Source: Kofleriaceae bacterium (GTDB lineage Bacteria > Myxococcota_A > Polyangia > Haliangiales > Haliangiaceae). From it: DNA of 19,037 nt. Positions 1 through 9,451 of the stretch are shown here, piece after piece; within the stretch, counting starts at the first letter, position 1, and the number at the start of each line of letters is the position of its first letter. Made by a program: the position numbers and the translations under genes. The DNA lies in the NCBI GenBank assembly GCA_046597055.1, contig JBKJLC010000069.1, positions 1 through 19,037 on the forward strand, read 5' to 3'. The notes below the pieces were generated by a model. The model had not been told where the DNA came from, ran no database searches, and was given only the letters and a program-made list of their open reading frames with translations.

Positions 1-1
1 C

Positions 2-217
2 TCGCACATGTTGCCGCCGCCGGGCTCGCCGCTCGCGGTGCCGACCCCGCTCGCCGGCCGCCTGCGCGACCTGTCCCCTGGCGAGCTCGACACCTTCCAG
101 CTCGTGCTCGATCATGGCCAGCTGCAGAAGGTGCTCGACCACTACCCCGGCAGCGATCTCGACTGCGCGCAGAACCTCGTCGCGCTCATGAAGCGCGAGT
201 TCGTCGTCGTCCCGTAA
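2..217 (+). CDS. 3' end of a gene truncated by the window edge; C-terminus reminiscent of myxobacterial FHA/DUF4388-type proteins
   Basis: The frame is open from position 2 to TAA at 215-217 with strong GC3 bias. The ending LSPGELDTFQLVLDHGQLQKVLDHYPGSDLDCAQNLVALMKREFV recalls the winged-helix-like tail of DUF4388 proteins (from memory, unverified). Confidence 0.6.
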   Translation, partial: SHMLPPPGSPLAVPTPLAGRLRDLSPGELDTFQLVLDHGQLQKVLDHYPGSDLDCAQNLVALMKREFVVVP

Positions 218-234
218 GCCGGTCAGCGCGCGGG

Positions 235-1776
235 TCAGTCGGTGGGCCGGACGCCGCCGGCCCCCTCGAACGCGCGGTCGGCGATGCCGGCCTCGGTCCA
301 CTGCGCGCGCCACGCGTCCGCCGACAGCTCGCCGCGCACGTACGCGCCGCTCACGCGGTACGGCTCGAGCGTCAGCTCGCCGCGCACCGCCTGCAGCGGC
401 GCCCCCGGCCGGTTACGCACCTCGAAGCCATCGGCGGTGAGCATGCCCATCAGGACCGCGCCGTAGTACCCGGTCGCCCAGTCGTGCAGGACATCGTCGG
501 GGATCACGCCGATCCGATCGTCGAGGGCGGGGCCGGCCAGCCGACGCACGGTCGCCCGGTCGATCGGCAAGGTCGCCGGGGTGTAGCCCTTCAGCAGCCT
601 CGGCGCGTGCTGGTAGCGCTCGCGCCACTGGTACGTGAGCAGCGGGCCCGAGCGCTCCCACGAGACCGGCCGCAGCTCCGTGCGCGACGCCAGCCGCTCC
701 AGCAACAGCCGGTCGAGCGCGGCCACGTCGGGCACCAGCTCGATCGCGGGCCGATCATCGACCGCGACGATGGTCGACGGCAGCCGCTCGGCCGCCGCGA
801 CCCGGTCGCGCAGCGGCGGGTGCGAATCGAACGGGTCCTGGGACTCGGTCGCCAGCTGCTCGTCGACCGCCTTGGCGAGCGCCTCGTCGAGCTGCGCGCT
901 GGCCGCGACGAACAGCCGGAAGCCCTCGCCGATCGGCGGCATGTAGCCGATCTCCGACAGCGGGTCGACCTCGTTCCGGATGAACACCTGGTACGCGAGG
1001 GCGGCGCCCGCGATCTTCTTCAGGCCCGAGGTCAGCGCCGGCGCGCCCACCGTCTGCACCGCGAGCGCGTCGGCGCCGTACTCCTGGGCGCGGCTGATCG
1101 CCTGGGTGATCCGCATGTACAGCGAGCCGAACCACGAGAACGGCAGTTGCACCAGGCCGAACACCGCCGCCAGCGCGTCGATCGAGGCCGCGTGCGTGGT
1201 CGCGTTGTGCAGGTTGACGATGGTCCGCCCGATCGCGCCGCGGGTCTTGTAGATCCACGGGCCCAGCCGGGTGTCACCGCCGTGGAAGTGCCCGAGCTCG
1301 TGGGCGATGATCGCGCGCAGCTCGCCGACGGTGACCGTCTGCAGGAGCGGCAGGCCGAGGCCCATCACCCGCTGGCTACCGAGGCCCATGAAGCCGCCGC
1401 GCTCGGTGACGAACGCGTTGACCTCGTAGACCAGATACACGTGGCGCGGCCCCCGCTGGCCGGTCAGCGTGGCCAGGTCGTCGATCTCGCGGAACAGCGC
1501 GGGATAGCCGGCCCGGTCGATCTCGGGTCCGGGTGGCTCGAAGCGATCGATCCGCGGCAGGATCGACCAGGCGACCACGCCAGCGGCACCGACCAGGCCC
1601 AGGCCGAGCAGCAACATCAGGAGCGCGCCCCGTCCGTTCAGGTCGCCGGCGAAGCCCATCACCTTGAAGCCGGCGAACCCCAGCGCGAGCACCGCGCCGG
1701 CGGCGAGCGCGAAGAACACGATCATGAGCAGCACCGCCACGATCGCCCGTCCCGTCAACGAAGTCCCACGTCCCAT
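235..1776 (-). CDS. M48-family (HtpX/Ste24-like) membrane zinc metalloprotease, 513 aa
   Basis: Two N-terminal hydrophobic helices, VNAFV, HELGH zinc motif, SRAQEYGAD third-ligand motif and SHPPLRDRV. Confidence 0.92.
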   Translation of the reverse strand: MGRGTSLTGRAIVAVLLMIVFFALAAGAVLALGFAGFKVMGFAGDLNGRGALLMLLLGLGLVGAAGVVAWSILPRIDRFEPPGPEIDRAGYPALFREIDDLATLTGQRGPRHVYLVYEVNAFVTERGGFMGLGSQRVMGLGLPLLQTVTVGELRAIIAHELGHFHGGDTRLGPWIYKTRGAIGRTIVNLHNATTHAASIDALAAVFGLVQLPFSWFGSLYMRITQAISRAQEYGADALAVQTVGAPALTSGLKKIAGAALAYQVFIRNEVDPLSEIGYMPPIGEGFRLFVAASAQLDEALAKAVDEQLATESQDPFDSHPPLRDRVAAAERLPSTIVAVDDRPAIELVPDVAALDRLLLERLASRTELRPVSWERSGPLLTYQWRERYQHAPRLLKGYTPATLPIDRATVRRLAGPALDDRIGVIPDDVLHDWATGYYGAVLMGMLTADGFEVRNRPGAPLQAVRGELTLEPYRVSGAYVRGELSADAWRAQWTEAGIADRAFEGAGGVRPTD

Positions 1777-1909
1777 CCGCGGGCTCTATCATGTCCGCTC
1801 GCGGGCTCAGCTGGCGAGAAGTGGCACTCGCCCGCGTGCCTCCACTCCCGCGGCTAGACCCAATGCCGGTCGCATAAGCTCTGGCACTCACAAATTCGAT
1901 CACTTGCTC

Positions 1910-2034
1910 TTCCGTTCGTCCTGAGCGCAGCCCGGCGCGAAGCGGCGGGCGAAGTCGAAGGACGACCAGTGCGCGGCGGGCGTCCTTCGACTTCGAGCTC
2001 GCTCGCGCTCGCTCTGCGCTCAGGACGAACGGAA
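1910..2034. repeat. REP-like inverted dimer (nested palindromic element)
   Basis: Perfect 21-bp inverted repeat TTCCGTTCGTCCTGAGCGCAG at 1910-1930 and 2014-2034, plus a perfect 15-bp inverted repeat CGAAGTCGAAGGACG at 1950-1964 and 1981-1995. Intergenic. Confidence 0.9.
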
Positions 2035-2082
2035 AAGACTGTTCGATCCCGATCGCTTGCGCCTATCTGATCGGCATTGCGG

Positions 2083-2930
<848 letters not shown>

Positions 2931-2934
<4 letters not shown>

Positions 2935-3866
2935 TCGTCGTCCCCCAACGTGACCTCGAGGCCCTCGTACGCGCAGATCACGTCGAAGGGGTCGCCGGCC
3001 GCGCGCGAGCGGACGCGGGTGGCGGCCAGGATCGCGTCCTGGGCGTCGTCGCTGCGCATCGGCGCGTGGTGGAAGAGGCACAGCGTCTTGATCCCGGCCT
3101 GGCGCGCGATCAGGAGCGCGTCCTCCGGCGTGGAGTGGCCCCAGTGCGGGCGCTGTCGGTATTCGTCGCCGGTGAACTGGGTGTCGTAGATCAGCAGATC
3201 CGCGCCCCGGCACATCGCGACCAGGGCGGCGTGCATGGCGGTGAGCTTGTCGGCGAGCGAAGGCGGCAGCGGCGCGCCGACCGCCGGTGGCTTGGACACG
3301 AACTCGTGCTCGAGCAGGATGTCGGTGAACGGCGCAGTGTCCGAGGCGTACACGACCGAGGCGCCATCGACGTCGAGTCGGTAGGCCATCGCCACCCACG
3401 GATGGTTGAGCCGGGTGCACGCGACCTGGGTGCGGCCGATCGCGAACCGCGCGCCCTCGACCAGCTCGTGGAACTCGACATCGGCCTCGAGCGCGGTCAG
3501 CGGCACCGGGAAGTACGGATCTTCGGTCTGCGACGCGAACACCGCCTTCAGGTGGGTGTCCGACTGCTGGCGCGCGAACACGTGCAGCCGGTTGCCCTTG
3601 TGATAGAGCGGCGAGAAGAAGGGCATCCCCTGGATGTGATCCCAGTGGGTGTGGCTGATGAGGATGTGCGCGGTCCCGGCGCCGTCGCCGAACCGATCGT
3701 CCATGAGCTGCTTGCCGAGCCGGCGCAGGCCGGTGCCAGCATCGATGATGATGGGCCAGTCTCCACGCGGGCGCACCTCGACGCACGACGTGTTGCCGCC
3801 GTAACGATTGGTGCTCCGCCCGGGAACGGGGATGGAGCCGCGAACGCCCCAGAATCGGACCTTCAT
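2931..3866 (-). CDS. MBL-fold metallo-hydrolase (RNase Z/phosphodiesterase-like), paralogue A, 311 aa
   Basis: Starts MKVRFWGVRGSIP..YGGNTSC; contains DAGTG, SHTHWDH, LNHP, YASDT, WGHST and FHHAP. Start placed at 3866 by homology with paralogue B. Confidence 0.93.
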
Positions 3867-3990
3867 GCCGCGCGCGCGAGCGCGGCTCGACGATAACACG
3901 CATCGCCGGCGCGGGCGCGGTCCCACATGAGGCCGGCCAGCGATGGCTCCCGCCCGGGCCCGGAAGGTCGGGCGTACGCCCATCCCTCAG

Positions 3991-4016
3991 GGGTGGGAAG
4001 CATTCGCTTCCCACCC
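3991..4016 (-). repeat. Perfect hairpin (terminator or REP-like) downstream of the barrel operon
   Basis: GGGTGGGAAGC-ATTC-GCTTCCCACCC, an 11-bp stem with a 4-nt loop and no U-tract. A further palindrome GGGCGTACGCCC lies at 3970-3981. Confidence 0.55.
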
Positions 4017-4096
4017 TCCCTATCGATCGGTCGGCCGCGGGCCAGAGCCCGCGCCCGCTCTGTACGGATCAGCAGAGCCGGCTCGCTTCGCTCGCC

Positions 4097-5074
4097 TCAG
4101 GGGTGGATCGCGACCCCGACCGAGGGTCGACGGCCGTTGAGCGCATCGAACAGCAGGATCGCCTCGGCGCCGTCGACGATCACGGCCGGCGCGCCCGCCG
4201 GCGCGGTCAGGACCGGGCGTCCGCCTGCCGGCCGTTGCCACGCGACGGCATCGAACGAGGCGGCGAAGCCGACCGCATAGCGCGGTGCGTCGTCGGGCGC
4301 CGGCGCGACCGCCAGCCCGGCGTACCAGAGGCCCCAGTGACCCCGGCCACTCGACTCGACCAGCCAGCGCACCGCGGGCGTGGTGACCTCGGCCGCGTCG
4401 AACCCGCGGCTGACCTCGGGCCGCGCGGTCAGGACCGGCGCCGCGTCGATCGCGAAGGCGGCGCCGTCGGTCGAGCGCGCCAGCCAGATACCGGGCGCGT
4501 CCGGACGCACGAACGCGAGGATCCATGTGGTCCCATCGAAGCCGACCCCGGGCGAGCGCGCGCCGGTGATGACCGGGGCCGCGGCGCGGGTCCAGGTGAG
4601 GCCGCCGTCGACCGACTCGGCGCGGCCGATCGCTGGCGCGGCCAGGCCGCCCTCGTAGAACATCACCAGCCGATCGGCGAGCCGGACGATCGCGGGCGCC
4701 GCGACGTGGCCCTCCTCCCAGGGCAGCGCGGCGACCAGCACCGGCACCGGCGGCTCGTCGGGGAGCTGGCCGGGATCGCGGATCCCGCCGCGCCAGATCT
4801 CGGTGTCGCCGGCGGGCAGATCGGCCGGCTCGCGCGTCACCCAGTAGTGAAAGCCGCCACCATCGCGCCGCCATAGCTCGGGCTCGGTGAGGTCGAGGCT
4901 GCGATCGGTCGCGAGCCACGGCTCGTCGGCGGGCGACGCCAGATCGGTCGCGGGTCGGTGGAACGGCCCGGCGCCGCTGGTCGGCAGCGCATCGCTGCCA
5001 CCCGAGCTGTCGTCGGCGAAGCCGAAGCCGCAGCCGGTGACCACGGCCGCGAGCCCGAGCACCGCAGCGCGCAT
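4097..5074 (-). CDS. Lipoprotein with probable beta-propeller (glycoside hydrolase/sialidase-like) fold, 325 aa
   Basis: MRAAVLGLAAVVTG-C lipobox. Asp-box-like AESVDGGLTWTR and ARSTDG, APAIV, MFYEG, LWYAG and SFDAVAWQR blade-like repeats. The ATG overlaps the upstream TGA (TGATG). Confidence 0.75.
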   Translation of the reverse strand: MRAAVLGLAAVVTGCGFGFADDSSGGSDALPTSGAGPFHRPATDLASPADEPWLATDRSLDLTEPELWRRDGGGFHYWVTREPADLPAGDTEIWRGGIRDPGQLPDEPPVPVLVAALPWEEGHVAAPAIVRLADRLVMFYEGGLAAPAIGRAESVDGGLTWTRAAAPVITGARSPGVGFDGTTWILAFVRPDAPGIWLARSTDGAAFAIDAAPVLTARPEVSRGFDAAEVTTPAVRWLVESSGRGHWGLWYAGLAVAPAPDDAPRYAVGFAASFDAVAWQRPAGGRPVLTAPAGAPAVIVDGAEAILLFDALNGRRPSVGVAIHP

Positions 5075-6390
5075 CAGAACCGCCACCGCGACTCGAGGCT
5101 GGCCGCCAGCACGACACCGCCGGCGGAGTAGTCGCCGACCGGATCGGCCGCGATCAGCTTCCGGTGCGTGCGCTCGGGCAGCCAGGTCGCCGCCAGCGCG
5201 AGGTCGAGCGACAGCGGACGCAGCACGATGCCACCGAGCCCGGGCAGCTCGACGCCGCCACCGATCGACAGCGCGTGCTTGTCGCCGTCGATGAAGTTGG
5301 TCGCGCCGACCTGCGCCGGCGCCGGGGTCGGCTCGTAGACGTAGCCGCCGCGGGCCCGCCAGGCGCGGGTGGCCGAGCGCGCCGCGAGGTACTCGACGCC
5401 GAGCCGCACCACCGCGATGTCGTGGAAGTGCGGCGCGGGCAACGCGTCCTGGGGCGGAATGTTGACGAGGTCGTTGAAGTCGCCGAGGTCGAGGTCGAGG
5501 TCGATCTTCGCGGCCGGGTTCTCGAACGCGCTCCACCGGTGCCACGCCAGATCGAACGCGACCCCGAGCCGCGGCGTGAGCTGGGCGTCGAGGCCGACGG
5601 TGAGCTGGGCCGGCTGGAACAGATCCTGGGCCCGCGAGCGCAGGTGCAGGTAGCCATCGTCGACCAGCGGGTCGAACCCGGGCGTGCCGATGTCGCCGGT
5701 GATGTCGAAGGTCTGATCGAGGATCAGCTTGAAGCCGCCCCGGTACGACCCGGCCACCGTGAGCCAGGGCCGGACCCGCCACGCCGCGCCCGCCTGCGGA
5801 TAGCGGATCGTGCGCAGGTCGACGTCGATCGCGAGATCGAGCTGGCTCGCGGCGGGATCGGGGAACCCGACGATGCCGTCGAGGCCGACCGTGCCCTCGG
5901 TGCTCGACATGTACGCGAGGCCGCCGCCGATCGAGACGCCGTGCGGGAGCTCGATCGCGAGGTTGGCGGCGAGGAACAGCCGCTGGGGTCGGTTGTCGTA
6001 GAGCTGCCAGCGCGGCTGCCCGCTCGGCAGCGTCCGGGTGCGGGTGAGGTGCTGGTCGGGCATGAAGATGCCGGCGCCGACCGCGAGGCGCACGCCGCCG
6101 ATCCGGCCGGGCACCGCGAGCCCGATCGCCAGGCCGCGCGAGCCATCGACGCCGGTGTCGCGATCGTCGATCGCGAGGCGCGGCACCGCGAGCTGGTAGC
6201 CCAGGTCGACCCGGATGTCGTCGCTGCCCGCGAGCAGCGCCGGGTTGTAGTAGTTGGCGCTGGCGTCGTCGACCGCCGCGACCTGGGCGCCCCCCATCGC
6301 CTGGCCGCGCGCGCCGAAGCCGAACAGGTCGGCCGGGTTGGCCGCCGCCGGTGCGGCAACCAGGATGATGAGCGCGGCGACCCGCCTCAC
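5074..6390 (-). CDS. FadL/OmpP1-like outer-membrane beta-barrel B, 438 aa
   Basis: GTG start overlapping the upstream stop (GTGA). Signal peptide ending AAA, GFGARGQAMGGA..YYNPA motif, RGGYVYEPTPAP and a C-terminal aromatic (WRF). Confidence 0.85.
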   Translation of the reverse strand: MRRVAALIILVAAPAAANPADLFGFGARGQAMGGAQVAAVDDASANYYNPALLAGSDDIRVDLGYQLAVPRLAIDDRDTGVDGSRGLAIGLAVPGRIGGVRLAVGAGIFMPDQHLTRTRTLPSGQPRWQLYDNRPQRLFLAANLAIELPHGVSIGGGLAYMSSTEGTVGLDGIVGFPDPAASQLDLAIDVDLRTIRYPQAGAAWRVRPWLTVAGSYRGGFKLILDQTFDITGDIGTPGFDPLVDDGYLHLRSRAQDLFQPAQLTVGLDAQLTPRLGVAFDLAWHRWSAFENPAAKIDLDLDLGDFNDLVNIPPQDALPAPHFHDIAVVRLGVEYLAARSATRAWRARGGYVYEPTPAPAQVGATNFIDGDKHALSIGGGVELPGLGGIVLRPLSLDLALAATWLPERTHRKLIAADPVGDYSAGGVVLAASLESRWRF

Positions 6391-7655
6391 AGATCGACCC
6401 CGACGGTGACGCCACCGACGACGACGCGGCCGCCGGTGTCGATCACGTCGAACGGCGCCTGGCCGGGCTCGAACAGCCCGGCGTCCTTGCGGTGCCGGCG
6501 CGGCTGCAGCAGGTGCAGCTGGAGCCAGCCGTCGAGGTGCAGCGGCAGCGTGCGCCCCGGCCAGCCCAGGCCGACGCCGGCGGCGAGCAGGTGGCGGTGG
6601 TTGTCGAGCAGCGACTGGCGCCCGCGCATCTCGGGCGCCGGCGACAGCAGGAGCGCGTAGCCCCCGCGCAGCGCGAGCTCGCCGCCGAGCGCGGCGCGCA
6701 CCTGCTCGACCGCGAGCCGCGGGACCGCGGTGTCGTGGAAGCCGGGCGCCGCCTGGGTCGGGTTGCCCGCGACCGCGTTCTCGGTCGGCAGCGGAAAGCC
6801 GCTCCAGTGCTGCCAGGCCAGGTGACCGGTGAGCGTCATGCCCGGCCGCGCCACCCAGGCCGCCTCGACCGCGACCGTCAGCGGATCGTACTGCGCGGCG
6901 CCGGCGATGCGGATCGCGGGCAAGGCGAGCGGCAACACGTCCGACAGATCGTTGGTGACCCGGATGTCGTAGTCGGACCGCGACGGCGCGCGCGCCACCG
7001 CGCCCAGCGTGAGCCGCGCGCTGCGCTGCCAGCGCAGGCCGGCGATCGGCGCGAACCGGGTGAGCAGGCGCTGCTCGCTCTGGGTCGTGAACCGGCCCGA
7101 GCCGTCGGTGGTCACGTCGATCCCACCGCGCAGCACCGCCAGCGCGTTGACGCCGAGCCCGACCGACCAGCGCGGGCGCAGCCGGTAGCCGAGCGCGACG
7201 TCGATCGCGAGCACGTGCGACCGATGCTCGAGCAGCGCGTAGATCGGCGTGCCCGGGAACGGCGCCGCGGCGCGGTTGATCGACTGACCCGGCACGTAGA
7301 AGCCGAAGCCGAGGCCGACCCGGTCGCGCAGCGCGCCGCCGAGCGGGATCGGCAGCGCGCCGCCGATCAAGAGGCCGGTGGCGTCGTCGGTCTCGGTCGC
7401 GGTGCCGTCGAGGTGCAGCGCGAAGCTGCCGTACAGCGCGCCGACCGTCGCGCGCTTGCGCGGCACGTGCGCGAGGCCGGCCGGGTTGAGGAACACCGCA
7501 TCGTAGCCCGCGGTCGATGCGACCCCGGCGCCGGCCAGCCCCGGCGAGCGGCCACCGAACCCGAACAGGTCGAGCGGCGACGCGGTCGCGGCCGTGGCCG
7601 AGGCGATCGTGGTTGCCGCGCACGCGGCGAGCACCAGCGGTCCCCGGAGCGACAT
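6387..7655 (-). CDS. FadL/OmpP1-like outer-membrane beta-barrel A, 422 aa
   Basis: Signal peptide ending ATA, GFGGRSPGLAGA..FLNPA, WQHWS, FHDT and LRGGYALLLSPAP. Clearly paralogous to the downstream gene. Confidence 0.82.
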   Translation of the reverse strand: MSLRGPLVLAACAATTIASATAATASPLDLFGFGGRSPGLAGAGVASTAGYDAVFLNPAGLAHVPRKRATVGALYGSFALHLDGTATETDDATGLLIGGALPIPLGGALRDRVGLGFGFYVPGQSINRAAAPFPGTPIYALLEHRSHVLAIDVALGYRLRPRWSVGLGVNALAVLRGGIDVTTDGSGRFTTQSEQRLLTRFAPIAGLRWQRSARLTLGAVARAPSRSDYDIRVTNDLSDVLPLALPAIRIAGAAQYDPLTVAVEAAWVARPGMTLTGHLAWQHWSGFPLPTENAVAGNPTQAAPGFHDTAVPRLAVEQVRAALGGELALRGGYALLLSPAPEMRGRQSLLDNHRHLLAAGVGLGWPGRTLPLHLDGWLQLHLLQPRRHRKDAGLFEPGQAPFDVIDTGGRVVVGGVTVGVDL

Positions 7656-7730
7656 CGCGCGAAACGTACCGCAGGCGGCCGCACCGGCGCCGCGACCCAC
7701 GCGAGATTCGTCAGCGCCGCAGCGGGCGGG

Positions 7731-8210
7731 TCAGCCCGGCGCGGCGGCGCAGAACGCTTGCAGCTCGCCGACGAGGGCCTCGCCCGGCGGCGGCACCGGC
7801 TGGCCGCCATTGTCGACCATGAGCTGCTCGTTGCGGCACTCGTAGCCGTCGCGACAATCGTCGCCCTCCGAGCACTTCCTCATGCAGTACCGGACCTCGG
7901 ACCCGCTCGACACGCACTGGCCGCTGAGCGTGCACACCTCATCGCGGCCGCAGACGTCGGCGCCGCCGAAGTCGCACGCGCGGTTCTCGAACGACGCGAT
8001 GAAGAAGCTGACGCAGATCGACTCCTCGGGGCACGAGTCGAACGTGCAGCCGGGGATCGTGCAATAGCCATCGGGCGAGGCCAGGTCGCAGGTGCGCTGC
8101 CCCTCCGGGTCGCAATCGATGTTCAGCGAGCAGTCGTCGCCGATCTCCTTGCCGCAACCGACCGCGAGCGCGGTGGCAACGACGACGACAAGCAGGCGGG
8201 CAAGACGCAT
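7731..8210 (-). CDS. Cys-rich lipoprotein, 159 aa
   Basis: MRLARLLVVVVATALAVG-C lipobox and 16 further Cys. Start at 8210 is preferred because the alternative ATG at 8222 overlaps the predicted -10 box. Confidence 0.85.
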   Translation of the reverse strand: MRLARLLVVVVATALAVGCGKEIGDDCSLNIDCDPEGQRTCDLASPDGYCTIPGCTFDSCPEESICVSFFIASFENRACDFGGADVCGRDEVCTLSGQCVSSGSEVRYCMRKCSEGDDCRDGYECRNEQLMVDNGGQPVPPPGEALVGELQAFCAAAPG

Positions 8211-8220
8211 GGGGACGCGC

Positions 8221-8249
8221 ATCCTATCGGCGGGTTTGACCCCTGACAA
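8221..8249 (-). promoter_or_regulatory. Sigma70-type promoter for the Cys-rich lipoprotein
   Basis: Minus strand TTGTCA (8249-8244), 17 bp, TAGGAT (8226-8221), ending 10 nt before the ATG. Confidence 0.6.
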
Positions 8250-8265
8250 GGCGGGGGGGTTGCCT

Positions 8266-8295
8266 GTGACCGTGCCCGGCCCCGGGGGTTAGAGT
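8266..8295 (+). promoter_or_regulatory. Putative promoter for dtd
   Basis: GTGACC (8266-8271), 18 bp, TAGAGT (8290-8295), ending 8 nt before the ATG. No Shine-Dalgarno sequence. Confidence 0.45.
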
Positions 8296-8303
8296 CCGGG
8301 CAC

Positions 8304-8756
8304 ATGCGCGCCGTCGTCCAGCGTTGCCGGCGAGCCCGGGTCACGGTCGCCGACCAGGTCGTCGGGTCCATCGAGCACGGCCTCTGCGTCCTGGTCGGCG
8401 CCGGCAAGGGCGACGGCCCGGCCGACGTCGAGTACCTCGTCGACAAGCTCGTCAACCTGCGCATCTTCGCCGACGACGACGGCAAGATGAACCGGTCGGT
8501 CCTCGACGTCACCGGCGGGGTCCTCCTGATCTCCCAGTTCACCCTCTACGGCGACACCCGCAAGGGCCGCCGCCCCGCCTTTGTCGACGCCCTCGAGCCC
8601 GGCCCGGCCGAGGCCCTCTACGACGACGTGGTCGCCCGGACCCGCGCCGCCGGCGTGACCCAGGTCGCGACCGGCGTGTTCCGCGCCGACATGCAGGTCG
8701 AGCTCGTCAACGACGGCCCCGTCACGATCCTCCTGGACTCGCGCAAGCTGTTCTGA
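8304..8756 (+). CDS. dtd: D-aminoacyl-tRNA deacylase
   Basis: MRAVVQR, LRIF..GKMN.SV, SQFTL, KGRRP and M.V.LVNDGPVT signature motifs; 150 aa. Confidence 0.98.
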   Translation: MRAVVQRCRRARVTVADQVVGSIEHGLCVLVGAGKGDGPADVEYLVDKLVNLRIFADDDGKMNRSVLDVTGGVLLISQFTLYGDTRKGRRPAFVDALEPGPAEALYDDVVARTRAAGVTQVATGVFRADMQVELVNDGPVTILLDSRKLF

Positions 8757-8779
8757 CCGTCTGAGGTTCGCGGGTCACG

Positions 8780-9259
8780 TCACGCGCGCTGCCGGTTGGT
8801 CACCGTTCCGTCAGGTGCGTGTGTCACGACCTCGCTCAGCTCGTCCTCTTCATCGTAGTGGTGCACGTGGTAGCCCTGCAGCGCGCCGTCGGGGCCGAGC
8901 CAGTGCGCCGTGAGCGCACGAAGGTCCGCGAGTCCGTACACAGCATCGACGATCCGTTCGACGTCACCCGATGGCTCGATGTACCAGGTGCGCCATCGGA
9001 TGGTGTTTTCGTCCCGTTGCGGCGGCGTGTGGATCTCGCCGCGCACGCCCTCGCGCCGCTCCCGAAAATCGGCCAGTGGGACGGCTGGATCACTCCAGCC
9101 CGGGTAGACGACTCTGTCGAGTTCGTGCCCCACGAAGCAACGATAGCGTCGCGGCATATCGTCCAGTTCCACTGCGTAGAAGTCCCGCCCGGTGGCCTCC
9201 GCCTCGGAGATCTCCTTCATCGGACGCGCATTGCTGAACTGGGTGAAGTACCGGCTCAT
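8780..9259 (-). CDS. Hypothetical protein, 159 aa, paralogue 2 (candidate immunity protein)
   Basis: Aligns without gaps to 9452-9931 at about 67% identity (107/159, manual count) with mostly conservative changes, which supports both being real genes. Confidence 0.85.
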   Translation of the reverse strand: MSRYFTQFSNARPMKEISEAEATGRDFYAVELDDMPRRYRCFVGHELDRVVYPGWSDPAVPLADFRERREGVRGEIHTPPQRDENTIRWRTWYIEPSGDVERIVDAVYGLADLRALTAHWLGPDGALQGYHVHHYDEEDELSEVVTHAPDGTVTNRQRA

Positions 9260-9451
9260 GAGTCACCCATGTCGGCGATCATCGTGCTCGCGGTCCCTGG
9301 GGGCGCTGGGGCCATGGCGTTGGCGGCGGCCGGCTCACCGCGACGATCCCGGCCGGGGCCTTCCGCGGGCCCGAGCGACCGAGCGCGGAGTGTTCGAGTT
9401 CGACGATCATGCCAAACGAGAGGCGCTGGGTGTTGAACGCGGGGCAGGTCG

